From Candidatus Heimdallarchaeota archaeon (GTDB lineage Archaea > Asgardarchaeota > Heimdallarchaeia > Hodarchaeales > Hodarchaeaceae), in assembly GCA_011364965.1 (NCBI GenBank), contig RDOB01000002.1, positions 96,001 through 160,000 of the forward strand: DNA of 64,000 nucleotides, given 5' to 3'. Below the pieces are notes generated by a model, which had not been told where the DNA came from, ran no database searches, and was given only the letters and a program-made list of their open reading frames with translations. Within the stretch, counting starts at the first letter, position 1. Each line of letters opens with the position of its first letter. The position numbers and the translations under genes were made by a program. Shown piece by piece: positions 1 through 10,090 of the stretch.

Positions 1-1019
1 AGAATAGAAAATTTCTCGCAGAGGTTAAAGGAGAAAAGGCTGAAACAGAGAAAGCGATAAAAGAAGTAAGGAACTGGATTTCCTTAAGTCAAAATATGAG
101 CTTGTCTAAATGTATAGTTTGTGGACGTCCCTATACTGAAAAACATGCAAAAACTAGGGAAGATAAGCTCTTAGTGGAGGATTCACACCTCAATCGACGA
201 GTTCGCGAACTGGAATTTCAAATTGATGATCTCGAGCGCTCCAAAGAGGATTTGGAAGTCCTCATTCATAAAATTAAAAATGATAATCAAATCAAAATAA
301 GTAAATCGAAGCAGGAATTACGTAGATTGCACAAGGAGGTCTCAACTAAACAAAAGGAGATTCAGAGTTCAGAGGAGAAATATGTTCAAAAAGAATCTGA
401 ATTGGCAATATTGGCCAAATCCATCGATCAAGGCAGAGCTGATTCAATTAAACTTATTACAGAATTGGATGCTAAAATTCAACGAATTATTGGCAAAATC
501 GAACAATTAGATAAACAAATGGCAGAAAAATCTCAGAGGATCGATCAAACGGATTTAGTTCAATCTGAATTCGATTTTTATAGCGTTCTTTTAAATCATA
601 TCGAGAAAAGAGAGGCAGTCGTAAAACTAGGAGTAATCGAGAACTTTAATGCTCAAATCGAAAAAGTTTACCAATTAATGTCTTATCAAGACTTTGAGGA
701 AATACGATTTAATCCAGATTTTAAATTGATTGTACGAAGAAAGCGAAAAGGCAAATCTATTGACCAACCTATTGAATCTTTAAGCGATAGTGAACGTATC
801 ACCATTGCTTTGATAGTTATGTTAGCTGGGCGAGAAGAATACATTGCTGACTATCCACTCTTTGTCTTAGATAAGGTGACTCTGGATTATGATCCTACTC
901 GATTTGAAATGATATTAGATTATCTAACTCAAAGAAAAGTACCTTATATTATCGTAACTTTAGCGCAAAGTATCGAAGAAGCGAGTGGGAATTTAGAAGT
1001 TGAATATCTAACAAGTTAA
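1..1019 (+). CDS. Archaea-specific SMC-related protein (Sph/ClsN-like), C-terminal half; 5' end lies outside the window
   Basis: The frame is open from base 3 to the track ATG at 96. It has a CIVC zinc-hook-like motif, a long coiled coil, an ABC signature-like LSDSE and a Walker B-like PLFVLDK. Confidence 0.75.
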   Translation, partial: NRKFLAEVKGEKAETEKAIKEVRNWISLSQNMSLSKCIVCGRPYTEKHAKTREDKLLVEDSHLNRRVRELEFQIDDLERSKEDLEVLIHKIKNDNQIKISKSKQELRRLHKEVSTKQKEIQSSEEKYVQKESELAILAKSIDQGRADSIKLITELDAKIQRIIGKIEQLDKQMAEKSQRIDQTDLVQSEFDFYSVLLNHIEKREAVVKLGVIENFNAQIEKVYQLMSYQDFEEIRFNPDFKLIVRRKRKGKSIDQPIESLSDSERITIALIVMLAGREEYIADYPLFVLDKVTLDYDPTRFEMILDYLTQRKVPYIIVTLAQSIEEASGNLEVEYLTS

Positions 1020-1384
1020 TCCTCTAAATCTCGAATAGCTACCGCTTCGATCATAATCTTTGCTCCTAATGGAAGTGCAACTGCTTGTAATGTTGCTCTT
1101 GCAGGTGGATCACTTGGAAAATAACTTGCATAGATTTCATTGACTTTACTAAATTGATTGATATCCGTAAGATAGATCGTCGTTTTAACTATATCACTTA
1201 AGTATGCATCTGCTGCTGTTAATATGCTTTCAATTTTCTCCATGACCTGTTTCGTTTGTGATGCAATATCAGAGTTGAGATCAGCCCCTATCTGTCCTGA
1301 AACATAAATAAATTTGGCGCCTGAACATTCTATTGCTGGAGAATATGGTCCAACAGGTTTTCCAACAGAAATCACTTTTTTCAT
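1016..1384 (-). CDS. ridA: RidA/YjgF/UK114 family enamine-imine deaminase
   Basis: Motifs GPYSPA, YVSGQIG, VNEIYASYF, PPARA and LPLGAKIMIEAVA. Confidence 0.9.
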   Translation of the reverse strand: MKKVISVGKPVGPYSPAIECSGAKFIYVSGQIGADLNSDIASQTKQVMEKIESILTAADAYLSDIVKTTIYLTDINQFSKVNEIYASYFPSDPPARATLQAVALPLGAKIMIEAVAIRDLED

Positions 1385-1404
1385 TATTATTCACCGATAT
1401 TTCG

Positions 1405-1833
1405 TTAATTTTCATTTGGAAGATCAAGTAAATTTAAGTTTGTGTCCGGATCCAATTTTCTGAGAACTCCAGGTTCTGTCGCAAAAATTGTAATCTCGCA
1501 TGTAAAGGACACTATACATCCTGAAAAGATGTGGCCTCCAATACAGGAGCTATCGATTCTACTAAATATACCGTGTGTGTGGACAATTTTGCCTTCTGTA
1601 ATATTTCCCAAGAGAGATAGAATTTCTAGATTTTCGGTAAATCTAGTTTTTAAATACTTATTTCCATCATAAAATCCAATTACAGCCGATGAGACTGCTC
1701 CAATTCCATTAATATAACCAGATTTAATACTCGGTTTGAATTCCAAGAAATCTATGACTGATTCCATGATATCATCCCCATTATTAAGACGAATTAAATA
1801 AATCTTGGATAAGTCTTGTTTTATGAATTTCAT
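1405..1833 (-). CDS. PPC domain (DUF296) putative DNA/Zn-binding protein
   Basis: Motifs RLNNGDDI, GIGAV, EILSLLGNI, HTH and GGHI. Confidence 0.85.
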   Translation of the reverse strand: MKFIKQDLSKIYLIRLNNGDDIMESVIDFLEFKPSIKSGYINGIGAVSSAVIGFYDGNKYLKTRFTENLEILSLLGNITEGKIVHTHGIFSRIDSSCIGGHIFSGCIVSFTCEITIFATEPGVLRKLDPDTNLNLLDLPNEN

Positions 1834-2005
1834 CCTATTTCATCACCTCTGTTTGGAAATATTTGAGATTAAATTTATAGTTATATTAAGTATATACTTC
1901 TTGCGTTCAGATTTTAGAAACTTAAGATCGATTCTGATAAATCGTTTAATAGCATTTGATTCTTTTTAAATCTGAAATTAAATATAATCCTATGGTAATC
2001 ATCAG

Positions 2006-2335
2006 ATGAAAAATCATAAGAATTTTGAATATTCTCACTCCAATATGACTCAAAAGCGAGTTGAAGAAGCTGAGAGCGTTTTAAAGGAAATGTACTTTGA
2101 ATTATGTATAAGTTCGCGTATTTTTGAAGAATGTGAAAGGAATATTCATGATTTCTATGTTCTTTGCCCTGATTCTACAATAACTTCCTTTACATTAGTT
2201 GGATGCCTTATTTATTTAAATTCATCAAAATTAAATGAGCATATATCTCTAAATACAATTTCAGAGAAGATAGGAGTATCTACTTCTTGGTTATCAAAAA
2301 AAAAGAGAATAATTGCTTCTATTTTAAAAATATAA
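2006..2335 (+). CDS. Stand-alone TFIIB/cyclin-fold repeat protein
   Basis: GCLIYL...ISLNTISEKIGVSTSWL resembles the second TFB cyclin repeat with its HTH; there is no Zn ribbon. Confidence 0.55.
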   Translation: MKNHKNFEYSHSNMTQKRVEEAESVLKEMYFELCISSRIFEECERNIHDFYVLCPDSTITSFTLVGCLIYLNSSKLNEHISLNTISEKIGVSTSWLSKKKRIIASILKI

Positions 2336-2478
2336 ATGCTTATGAAAGAGTGATTTCTCTCTCAATATAAAAAATCTTATATTATTAGTAGGCTTAGTTA
2401 TTCTAATCGAATTTTGTATTTGAAAGAATTTTTATAACCCAAAATAAATTGACCTTAGAGAGATTTTCGAAGCATTAA

Positions 2479-3483
2479 ATGAGGTTCTATCAGGTGAAAA
2501 TTTATTGTGATAGTCATTGTCGTCCTTGTATCTTAGATGGTGGCCCAAGCAGGAATATTGATGATATATCATTTTCAGCCTTTTTTTGTCCTGCTTGTAG
2601 ATCAGCCTTTTTTTGTGAAGTAGGGGTCGTACAGCAATTTTCACGTCAAAATCGGATACATTATTCTTGCTTTGAATGTGGAACTACGCTAGAAACAAAA
2701 ACCCTAGAAGAAATTGGGCTGGAAAAAGCTCGGTTTTTAATGGATAGTAAAAAGTTAAGTAGCAGTGGAAAATTCAGATCTACTTTAATTCCTAAAAAAC
2801 CCCTCCGTACAATGAAGAATCTCTCTATGCTCTTCGAGACGAAAACTATTAGCGCTTTTCACAGATCTCTTATCACAGAAATTTTGGGTATTACAGGGTT
2901 AACCCCTCAGGTTATCAGCAATTTTGCTAGGGACTTTGGAATTAGTGAAAACGTTATTTCAAGTTTGGCTGGTGATACTGAATCAACTCTCCTTACTCTA
3001 TCAAGCATTTCTCCAAATTTCATTGAAATTCTTCATTCAATATTAATAGGACGGGATCCAACCATTCAGGGAGGTTTAGCTCTTCGATTTTCTGTTTTTT
3101 CAAGTAATATCTCTGAAATTGTTTTTATCCAACCATCGCGATCTTTGATAGAATCTGGTCCCTATGACTTACTTGCATACGATAATCAAGGTATGCGAAT
3201 CTGGGTTTTTTGCGTTTCAGGAATTATTGACGCTTCAGACATTGAAACGATTATAGGTCCAATTTTAGATCTATTTCAAGACCCAAATCAATTTAAAGGT
3301 GTATCACAAATTTATATTGTTGGACAAGGGTTTAGCTGGGTTGCTAAGCAAATCTTGAGAAAATATCGTGGTATCGTTGTCACAGAGTCTAATCAAAAGA
3401 CAAGATCAATCCCCTTTGTACTCTGGCAGGAAAAAATCCTCGGAGAGGATCTTAACATTACATTTGAGAATATTAAATTCTAA
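2479..3483 (+). CDS. Hypothetical protein: N-terminal multi-Cys Zn finger plus possible degenerate restriction-endonuclease-like domain
   Basis: CDSHC/CRPC, CPAC and CFEC motifs, followed by a C-terminal alpha/beta region with YDLLAYD..IWVFC. Confidence 0.5.
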   Translation: MRFYQVKIYCDSHCRPCILDGGPSRNIDDISFSAFFCPACRSAFFCEVGVVQQFSRQNRIHYSCFECGTTLETKTLEEIGLEKARFLMDSKKLSSSGKFRSTLIPKKPLRTMKNLSMLFETKTISAFHRSLITEILGITGLTPQVISNFARDFGISENVISSLAGDTESTLLTLSSISPNFIEILHSILIGRDPTIQGGLALRFSVFSSNISEIVFIQPSRSLIESGPYDLLAYDNQGMRIWVFCVSGIIDASDIETIIGPILDLFQDPNQFKGVSQIYIVGQGFSWVAKQILRKYRGIVVTESNQKTRSIPFVLWQEKILGEDLNITFENIKF

Positions 3484-3498
3484 TTTTGAGGTAAGAAA

Positions 3499-4056
3499 TT
3501 GAGTAAAAGCAGCGAATTATCTGATTTTTCTCGCTATTACAAAATAGTATTTATTGGTATGAGTAGAGTTGGTAAAACTTCAATTGTAAACCGACTATTG
3601 GATATAAATCCTCTTACAGAGTATATCCCAACTATTGGATATAGATATTACAACTTAGATATTAATGAAGAGGATGAGCAATTTTACCTGCAGCTTTGGG
3701 ATGTCTCAGGAAATGAAATCTATTCATCATTCCTCGAATCTTATATAAAAAATGCAGCATTTTGCGTTTTAATTTTTGACTATAATAATCTAGAATCCCA
3801 GACTAAGATGGTAAATTTATACCCTACAATTAATAAGTATTTGAAAGATTCCCACATAATTCTAGTTGGAAATAAGGCTGAAAAAGTAAAATTAGAAGTT
3901 CCGAAGAAATTAAAATCTTGGGTTGAAGAAAAAAATCAAGCTATCTATCCAGTATCTGCAACTAAAAACACTGGAGTCACATTGATTTTACAAACTATTT
4001 TGAGGGTAATTAAAGAAGATTTGAGCGAAGAAATACAAAATTCACAAGCAGGTTAA
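3499..4056 (+). CDS. Rab/Ras-like small GTPase
   Basis: G1 GMSRVGKTS, G2 PTIG, G3 WDVSG, G4 NKAE, G5 SAT; TTG start after GAGG. Confidence 0.9.
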   Translation: MSKSSELSDFSRYYKIVFIGMSRVGKTSIVNRLLDINPLTEYIPTIGYRYYNLDINEEDEQFYLQLWDVSGNEIYSSFLESYIKNAAFCVLIFDYNNLESQTKMVNLYPTINKYLKDSHIILVGNKAEKVKLEVPKKLKSWVEEKNQAIYPVSATKNTGVTLILQTILRVIKEDLSEEIQNSQAG

Positions 4057-4062
4057 TATTAT

Positions 4063-4461
4063 TCATTTCCATTCTTCTGAATCCCCCTGACATGAAGATT
4101 GGACGATTTCACATTTCCACCATAAGGATCTGTCTTGAAATAGACAAATATCATTAGTAACTTGGCACTGATTTTCCTCTGTGAGATACAAACACTGACT
4201 AGTAATGACTAGTTTGAGGTTCAATTTACCTGGGGGTGTTCCAGTCTGTAAGCTCGATGTTAAGTGCTCTCTGATGTCTTGATAATTCTGCACTTGGACT
4301 GATGTTAATATACTTCCCGTTTTGAATGATATTCCTCCTACAAGGGTGTCATCGAGCTCTAAAAATTGGAAAAGTTGACGCTGTAGGGAATCCAACATTT
4401 CATCATCGATCTCATCTATTCCCATCATCTTCAACATCTCTCTAAGCTTTTTGCGAAACAT
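4063..4461 (-). CDS. Hypothetical protein with Cys-rich C-terminus
   Basis: 132-aa ATG ORF, convergent with the GTPase, with five Cys in the last ~45 aa. Confidence 0.55.
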   Translation of the reverse strand: MFRKKLREMLKMMGIDEIDDEMLDSLQRQLFQFLELDDTLVGGISFKTGSILTSVQVQNYQDIREHLTSSLQTGTPPGKLNLKLVITSQCLYLTEENQCQVTNDICLFQDRSLWWKCEIVQSSCQGDSEEWK

Positions 4462-4636
4462 TGCGATACCCTAATCGTTCCAAGACAATTCTCAGATATT
4501 AAACAAATATTCCTTTTCACTGCAGATATAAAGACATTAGGTTTCATATATTAATGCTAGGAGACAAGCATGGATATAGCAGATTCAAAATCTGTTTTTG
4601 CTCAAAATTTGTTCGATTTACTTGGTGTTTAATTTA

Positions 4637-7522
4637 ATGTCAGACATTGAATATAATCCCGTTGTTTGGGTAAGTTTAGCTTCTGTTTCAGGTCTCAGCT
4701 TAATTAGCCTTGGACAACCTGGTTTACGAACCGATCTGGATGAACAGGTATATACTGGGGGTTTAACAGCAGTTCAAGCGATGCTTGGAGGTGAAGTGGG
4801 AGGTGACACCGATCGATTTGTTGGAGGGAGTCACAGTAATCGAACTGGAAGGTTTTTGGTACGAAATGATAAAGGAGGAGAACTTGTAGGGCAAGTCCTA
4901 CTCATTTCAGCACAAAATCTGCCTGTAGCAAATGAGTTATTTGATCATTACGAAGTATTAGTAACAAATTTCGCTGATAGAACCCTCAATTCTGAACTTT
5001 ATACTCGCATAGAGCGTGAGTTTCGCACCCTTGGTGTAAATGATGTATTGGATATATTTTTTGAAAGCATAAAAGACGCTCGAAAGAAAAAATCAATAAA
5101 TCTTAATGGTAGTCTATTTTCTGAAGCTTTAACAAAATCCACAGTAAAGTCCGTTAATGATTTTGAGTATTCCTCCACATTAGTAAAAATAGCAGAGTTT
5201 AAAGGAAAATATAATGAGCTTAGTCGAACCGTTAAGGAAGAACGTGATCAGCTTTTACAAGAGTTTACGGTCGATATTCTTGAGCTTCTTACAAGTGATC
5301 ATCCTCATGCGCTTGTTATGTACCCAAAGCTTAGTTCACTGAAGAAGGATTTATATAAACTAGTAAGAAGCGAGGTAAGCAATCTAGAAGTGACTCCAGC
5401 ACTGAAGGAAATAATTCAAGACTTTGAAGAGAATGATTTGGTACGAGTTCTTGCAGATTTCGCTTTACATGAAGTAAATAAAGCTAATCTGAGAAAAAGA
5501 TTAGAATTGGAAATCTTCAAGAAATTTCAGAAGGAATTCCCACTCTTATTCCTTGTTGATCCTGAAATCTCTGGATTTAAAGAAGCGATAGAAAATCTAA
5601 CAGTTAAGATTAATGAAAATTATGATCTAGCTGGAACATTGACGCGCTTAACACATAATTTAATGAAAGGCCGCGAGGCGGAAGAAGCCCTAATATCGCC
5701 ATTTATCCGACATTTCTGCGAACAGTTTTCAACAGGTCTAACTCTTTCAGCGTGGAAATATATGCAAATAATTTTCGCCTTAATGACGGGAGATTCCAAT
5801 ATTGATGTAGCAGACCTCCTACCAAACATAAAGGACGAAATTCCCGAATCTCACTTTAAAATTCTAGAACGAATGATGACCAAATATAAGATAACAAAAA
5901 TTGACCCAGTTTCTTTCAATGTAAAAACCGCTACGGATATTTTACCTTTCTATCGTGCTTTATTATCATCTTTAGGTTTTGGAATAAATACATTAATTTC
6001 AGATATCGCTTTGAGTGAAAATAATCCAAATAATCTCTTAAGGCATACAGTTAGAAATTTTAAAGATTTCTCTGTAATAATCTTCAATACTTATGCCATA
6101 TTTGAAGTTTATTTATTCCTTGAATCTGTTAGATCTAAGTTTAAATCAAGTTTGACCTTCCCCCATCTGAGTGACTTTGAAACAAATTTTGATTTGAGTA
6201 CAATGGATCCAGAAATTTTATTGAAGGCTCTTATTAGTGCTAACATTACGAATCAAGGGAAAGAGCACGATTTGGTTAAAATGAAGGTAACGGAATTTGA
6301 CACAGCCTTTAAAGATCGAATAAAGGACATAGAGAGATTTCTAAATAAATCCCCTCGGACAATTTCAACTGGATATAAGTTTGATTCAACGGAAGTTAGT
6401 AAATTAAATTTCTCAAATAACATCTCTCCTTCAGTAAAAGAAGATGTGGAGGCTCTGATCTCAGAATATGAAAAAATAAAATCGCAAATAACTTCTGATC
6501 TAGATAATATGCAGTTAATGGCAAAAGCTTTTACTGAGGGGGAAAAAGATGAGAAGAAATTAAATTCAACGTTAAAAGATACAAAATTTTTATCCAAATC
6601 TGAGCAGAATATAGAAAAAGCGATATCAAAGTTATTAGATAATATTGATAAGAAATATTCCAGTTTTCCTGCAGATGTTGAGAAACAGTTAAAAGGATAT
6701 GAGAAAGAAATCACAAAACGTTATTATAGATCTTGTCAATTTCTTAATATTGATCGAAAAGCTTTTCAAAAACAAAATAAAGATTCTTTACCTAAATCCT
6801 CCGGAATTCGAAATGATATTCAATCTTCAATAAATCAAATCATGAAAAAGAACTCCCTTTTTACATTCGATGATTTAGGTTACAATTACTTCTATGCAAG
6901 AAATCGGTTTTTACCCCTTAATCTCGAAACAGAAGTCACTAATGCAATAATACATAAAAAATCCTTGCCCTTTTTAAGGGAAGCATTAGATTCCATGAAA
7001 GAAGATGAAAATTTAACTTTATATAAAGCCTACGCTGAAATTATGGAAAATTATGCAAAATCTCTTCTTTCAGAACTTTTAGGAGAAGTAACTATAAGAA
7101 TGGGGAAAAATTTTCTACGATCTGATCCCGATGTATATTTTATTGAACGTGAACAAATTCCCATCCCCACAATGGAACTAGGAGTATTAACTTCACCTGA
7201 GGCAATGGATTCTCTTCGGAATATTCTTGGCCAAAATGTTGCAGTTGAATCAGAAACTGTTGATAATAACAATATATTCCATGTATCTGCTGTTATTCCG
7301 AGCTTTAATTGCAAATTCAGTGATTTAAAAAAGGTTTGGAAAAATAGAGAATGGACTCTTCGGAAAGTTTTACTATTATTAAGCTGGTACTCCTTACTTT
7401 ATGATACAAATCTTCTTTATACTAATGTTCTGAGATATTCAGCTCAATTCTACTCTGAACATGTAAAAGAGTCTGTTGATGATATTATCTATCAGATATC
7501 GAAGTATCTCACATCTACCTGA
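4637..7522 (+). CDS. Large hypothetical protein: N-terminal longin-like domain plus long alpha-helical region
   Basis: ATG at 4637 follows a GGTG RBS (track start is 4598). The N-terminus SGLSL...DEQVYTGGLTAVQAML..E resembles archaeal longin domains. Confidence 0.55.
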   Translation: MSDIEYNPVVWVSLASVSGLSLISLGQPGLRTDLDEQVYTGGLTAVQAMLGGEVGGDTDRFVGGSHSNRTGRFLVRNDKGGELVGQVLLISAQNLPVANELFDHYEVLVTNFADRTLNSELYTRIEREFRTLGVNDVLDIFFESIKDARKKKSINLNGSLFSEALTKSTVKSVNDFEYSSTLVKIAEFKGKYNELSRTVKEERDQLLQEFTVDILELLTSDHPHALVMYPKLSSLKKDLYKLVRSEVSNLEVTPALKEIIQDFEENDLVRVLADFALHEVNKANLRKRLELEIFKKFQKEFPLLFLVDPEISGFKEAIENLTVKINENYDLAGTLTRLTHNLMKGREAEEALISPFIRHFCEQFSTGLTLSAWKYMQIIFALMTGDSNIDVADLLPNIKDEIPESHFKILERMMTKYKITKIDPVSFNVKTATDILPFYRALLSSLGFGINTLISDIALSENNPNNLLRHTVRNFKDFSVIIFNTYAIFEVYLFLESVRSKFKSSLTFPHLSDFETNFDLSTMDPEILLKALISANITNQGKEHDLVKMKVTEFDTAFKDRIKDIERFLNKSPRTISTGYKFDSTEVSKLNFSNNISPSVKEDVEALISEYEKIKSQITSDLDNMQLMAKAFTEGEKDEKKLNSTLKDTKFLSKSEQNIEKAISKLLDNIDKKYSSFPADVEKQLKGYEKEITKRYYRSCQFLNIDRKAFQKQNKDSLPKSSGIRNDIQSSINQIMKKNSLFTFDDLGYNYFYARNRFLPLNLETEVTNAIIHKKSLPFLREALDSMKEDENLTLYKAYAEIMENYAKSLLSELLGEVTIRMGKNFLRSDPDVYFIEREQIPIPTMELGVLTSPEAMDSLRNILGQNVAVESETVDNNNIFHVSAVIPSFNCKFSDLKKVWKNREWTLRKVLLLLSWYSLLYDTNLLYTNVLRYSAQFYSEHVKESVDDIIYQISKYLTST

Positions 7523-7538
7523 CGGATTTTTAAGTTAA

Positions 7539-8159
7539 ATGAATAGTAAAAAACCATTCAAGATTCTAAAAGAATCTGAAGTATATCCTCCCAGTGAAGA
7601 TTCATGGTTTTTCGCAGATGTGTTGTTAGAAGAAGTTCGTGGATTATCATTTTCAAAAGTATATTTTATTTGTGAGATTGGAACAGGTACAGGATACATA
7701 TCGGCGAAACTATTGTCTCACTTCGCTGATATCAGAATTCTTGGGATTGATTTATCGTGGTCTGCTGTGAAGTCAACAAGAGAATGTTTTGGAAAGTATG
7801 CAGCTTCTAGGTCTGATCTAATCTGTGGAAATCTGCTTTGTCCTTTGAATTCTCGAAAAGCTGTTTTTGATATCATATTTTTTAACCCCCCTTATGTTAG
7901 AACAGATATACATGAATATAAGAGTCCTAGTACTGAATTAGTACGTACCTGGGCGGGAGGACCAGATGGAACTTTTATGATTCGTGATTTTTTAACAAAA
8001 TTACTAGAATTTCGATTTGAAATTGCATATTTTCTAAGTTCATCATTAAATGACAATGATAAGCTAATAGCTGATTTTCCTCTTCTAGATTTTGATTTGA
8101 TTGCAGAACGACACGTAGCGGATGAAACATTGATAATTTACGGAATACATTCCAAATAA
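7539..8159 (+). CDS. HemK2/PrmC-like (N6AMT1 family) SAM-dependent methyltransferase
   Basis: Motifs VYPPSEDS, EIGTGTG, FNPPY and WAGGPDG. Confidence 0.85.
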   Translation: MNSKKPFKILKESEVYPPSEDSWFFADVLLEEVRGLSFSKVYFICEIGTGTGYISAKLLSHFADIRILGIDLSWSAVKSTRECFGKYAASRSDLICGNLLCPLNSRKAVFDIIFFNPPYVRTDIHEYKSPSTELVRTWAGGPDGTFMIRDFLTKLLEFRFEIAYFLSSSLNDNDKLIADFPLLDFDLIAERHVADETLIIYGIHSK

Positions 8160-8171
8160 TTTGAAATCTCT

Positions 8172-8879
8172 TTATCTTTCTAAATAATCAATCAAACTTC
8201 TCATTGATATTTCAGGCTTTTCCAAATAGAGAAGAATACGATCATCTTCTTGGCTTATTTCTTCTACTGAAAATATTTTCTGTTTTGAATCTTCTCTTAA
8301 GACACCTAAGACTCTAATGTTAGGAATTTTAATTTCTTCCACTGATTTATTAATTAAATTCTTGGGTACTGGAATTGCTATAACTGGTGGTTTTGATAAT
8401 TGAAGATTCATTCTGTTATATAGGGCATTAACAATTTGGTTTAGATTGTCAACTATAATGATTTGCCCCTGTTTTTGGTTTGCTAGATATTGAACAAAGG
8501 GTGGAGCAAATTGTGCTAATAAAATAACTTTTAGATCCTGTCGAGGAAGGAATGAAAAAATATTTTGAATTACTATTGGATCCTCGTGGAGGATTATAAC
8601 CTTTTCAGCATTCTGAAAACCTATTGTCTCATATAAATTTCGTTTTCCATATTCCTCTTTTTCTTCCTCATAAAGGACGTTAATCTTATCCTTAACTTCT
8701 TCAATCCAAGCTAATTTTTTATCAGAGATGAGGGCAAACTTGGTTTCCGCACCAATTGAAATAATTTGTTCAATGAATGCTTCTGCAAAAATATTGCTTC
8801 CAAAAACGAAGATATTGCTTTCTTGTTCTTCTGCTTTTTCAGCAAATTTTCTAATTCGTCGTCTTTTAAAGAAACTCAT
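8172..8879 (-). CDS. Soluble RCK (TrkA-N/TrkA-C-like) domain protein
   Basis: IFVFGSN..AE and IGFQNAEKVIIL motifs; clear paralogue of the C-terminal part of the upstream gene; TAATG overlap. Confidence 0.6.
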   Translation of the reverse strand: MSFFKRRRIRKFAEKAEEQESNIFVFGSNIFAEAFIEQIISIGAETKFALISDKKLAWIEEVKDKINVLYEEEKEEYGKRNLYETIGFQNAEKVIILHEDPIVIQNIFSFLPRQDLKVILLAQFAPPFVQYLANQKQGQIIIVDNLNQIVNALYNRMNLQLSKPPVIAIPVPKNLINKSVEEIKIPNIRVLGVLREDSKQKIFSVEEISQEDDRILLYLEKPEISMRSLIDYLER

Positions 8880-10090
8880 TAAATTTCCTCACCTTTGTCT
8901 ACTATTGCGATAATGGAGTTTTCTGCTGTTTTTTTCTCTTTTTTATTTTTCTTCTTGGTTTTAGGATGTGAGGGGAGTTCTGTAACCACACGATTTGTTA
9001 GTTTCATATAATAATTTGTATAGTAGTAGATTAGAACCCGATCTCCTAATTTCAAAGTTTCAGATGGGTTAAGAAAGTCCTCTCCTCTTTTTATCATTAA
9101 TACTTTCTGTTTTATTAAATCTGATGTCATAGTTTCTCCTGTATGACCAATATAATTTCTCGGTACATCAATTTCAACAACGGGGGGATATTGAAAATCT
9201 AAACTAAGGGATATAACTAGTCCTTGAATTGTCGTATCAAGATCTTCAATGATTGTCAGGTTTTCATCGTTGACAAGTTCACTAAAAACAAATGCTGGAG
9301 CATATTGTGATAAGAGAATAATCTCCACATCGGGTCTTACTCGTCGAATATTGGTAAGAATATTTTGATTCAATTCCACATTTTCTGTTAAAATCATAAC
9401 TCGACTCGCATTTTTGAATCCAATTATTTCATACAAATTTGGCTTTTCTATCTCCTTCAAATTCTCAACGATATATATATCAATAAGTGATTTTAATTTT
9501 CTAACCCACAATAAATCCACATCTGCTATTAGGGATACTCTTTCTTCATAACCGAATTGATGGACCATCTCAAACAAAAACTGTTCAGCGGGTCGTGATG
9601 TACCAAATATGTACGTTACGTCTTTTCTTGTATTTACTTTATCGCGATATTTCATTATGGGGGATTTAACCATTAATCGAATAATTACAGTTCCAACTCC
9701 TATTAAACCCGCAGCCCATCTAAGAACTGTACCATTGAAAATCCAACCATTTGGTTTTATGAGATTAATATGTAGGTAATCCCATGCGAGGAATGGATCT
9801 CCAGGAATAAGGCCCAAGAGAAATGGGACTCCCCAAATTAATAATATCAGGAATACTGCAAGAATGGCTCCTATCATTAAAAATAGAATGAATAGATCTT
9901 GTAAAGGAAGAAAATACTTTAGCTCACGAATCACAACTCTAAATACAAATCTAATATTTGCATTAATAGTTGTTAAATTAAAATTTAGTTGACGTAAGTT
10001 ATCTTTCAATGTTCTTTTTGGGAGTTTCTTCTTTCCCTCTTGTTTCTTATCTATTGTTTCACCATAAGAGATGGATTCAACTTCATTCAT
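8879..10090 (-). CDS. Membrane-anchored RCK-domain protein (about 2 TM plus TrkA-N/TrkA-C-like)
   Basis: Two hydrophobic segments, then YIFGTS..AE, IGFKNASRVMILTENVELN and IKRGEDFLNPSETLKLGDRVLI. Confidence 0.65.
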   Translation of the reverse strand: MNEVESISYGETIDKKQEGKKKLPKRTLKDNLRQLNFNLTTINANIRFVFRVVIRELKYFLPLQDLFILFLMIGAILAVFLILLIWGVPFLLGLIPGDPFLAWDYLHINLIKPNGWIFNGTVLRWAAGLIGVGTVIIRLMVKSPIMKYRDKVNTRKDVTYIFGTSRPAEQFLFEMVHQFGYEERVSLIADVDLLWVRKLKSLIDIYIVENLKEIEKPNLYEIIGFKNASRVMILTENVELNQNILTNIRRVRPDVEIILLSQYAPAFVFSELVNDENLTIIEDLDTTIQGLVISLSLDFQYPPVVEIDVPRNYIGHTGETMTSDLIKQKVLMIKRGEDFLNPSETLKLGDRVLIYYYTNYYMKLTNRVVTELPSHPKTKKKNKKEKKTAENSIIAIVDKGEEI

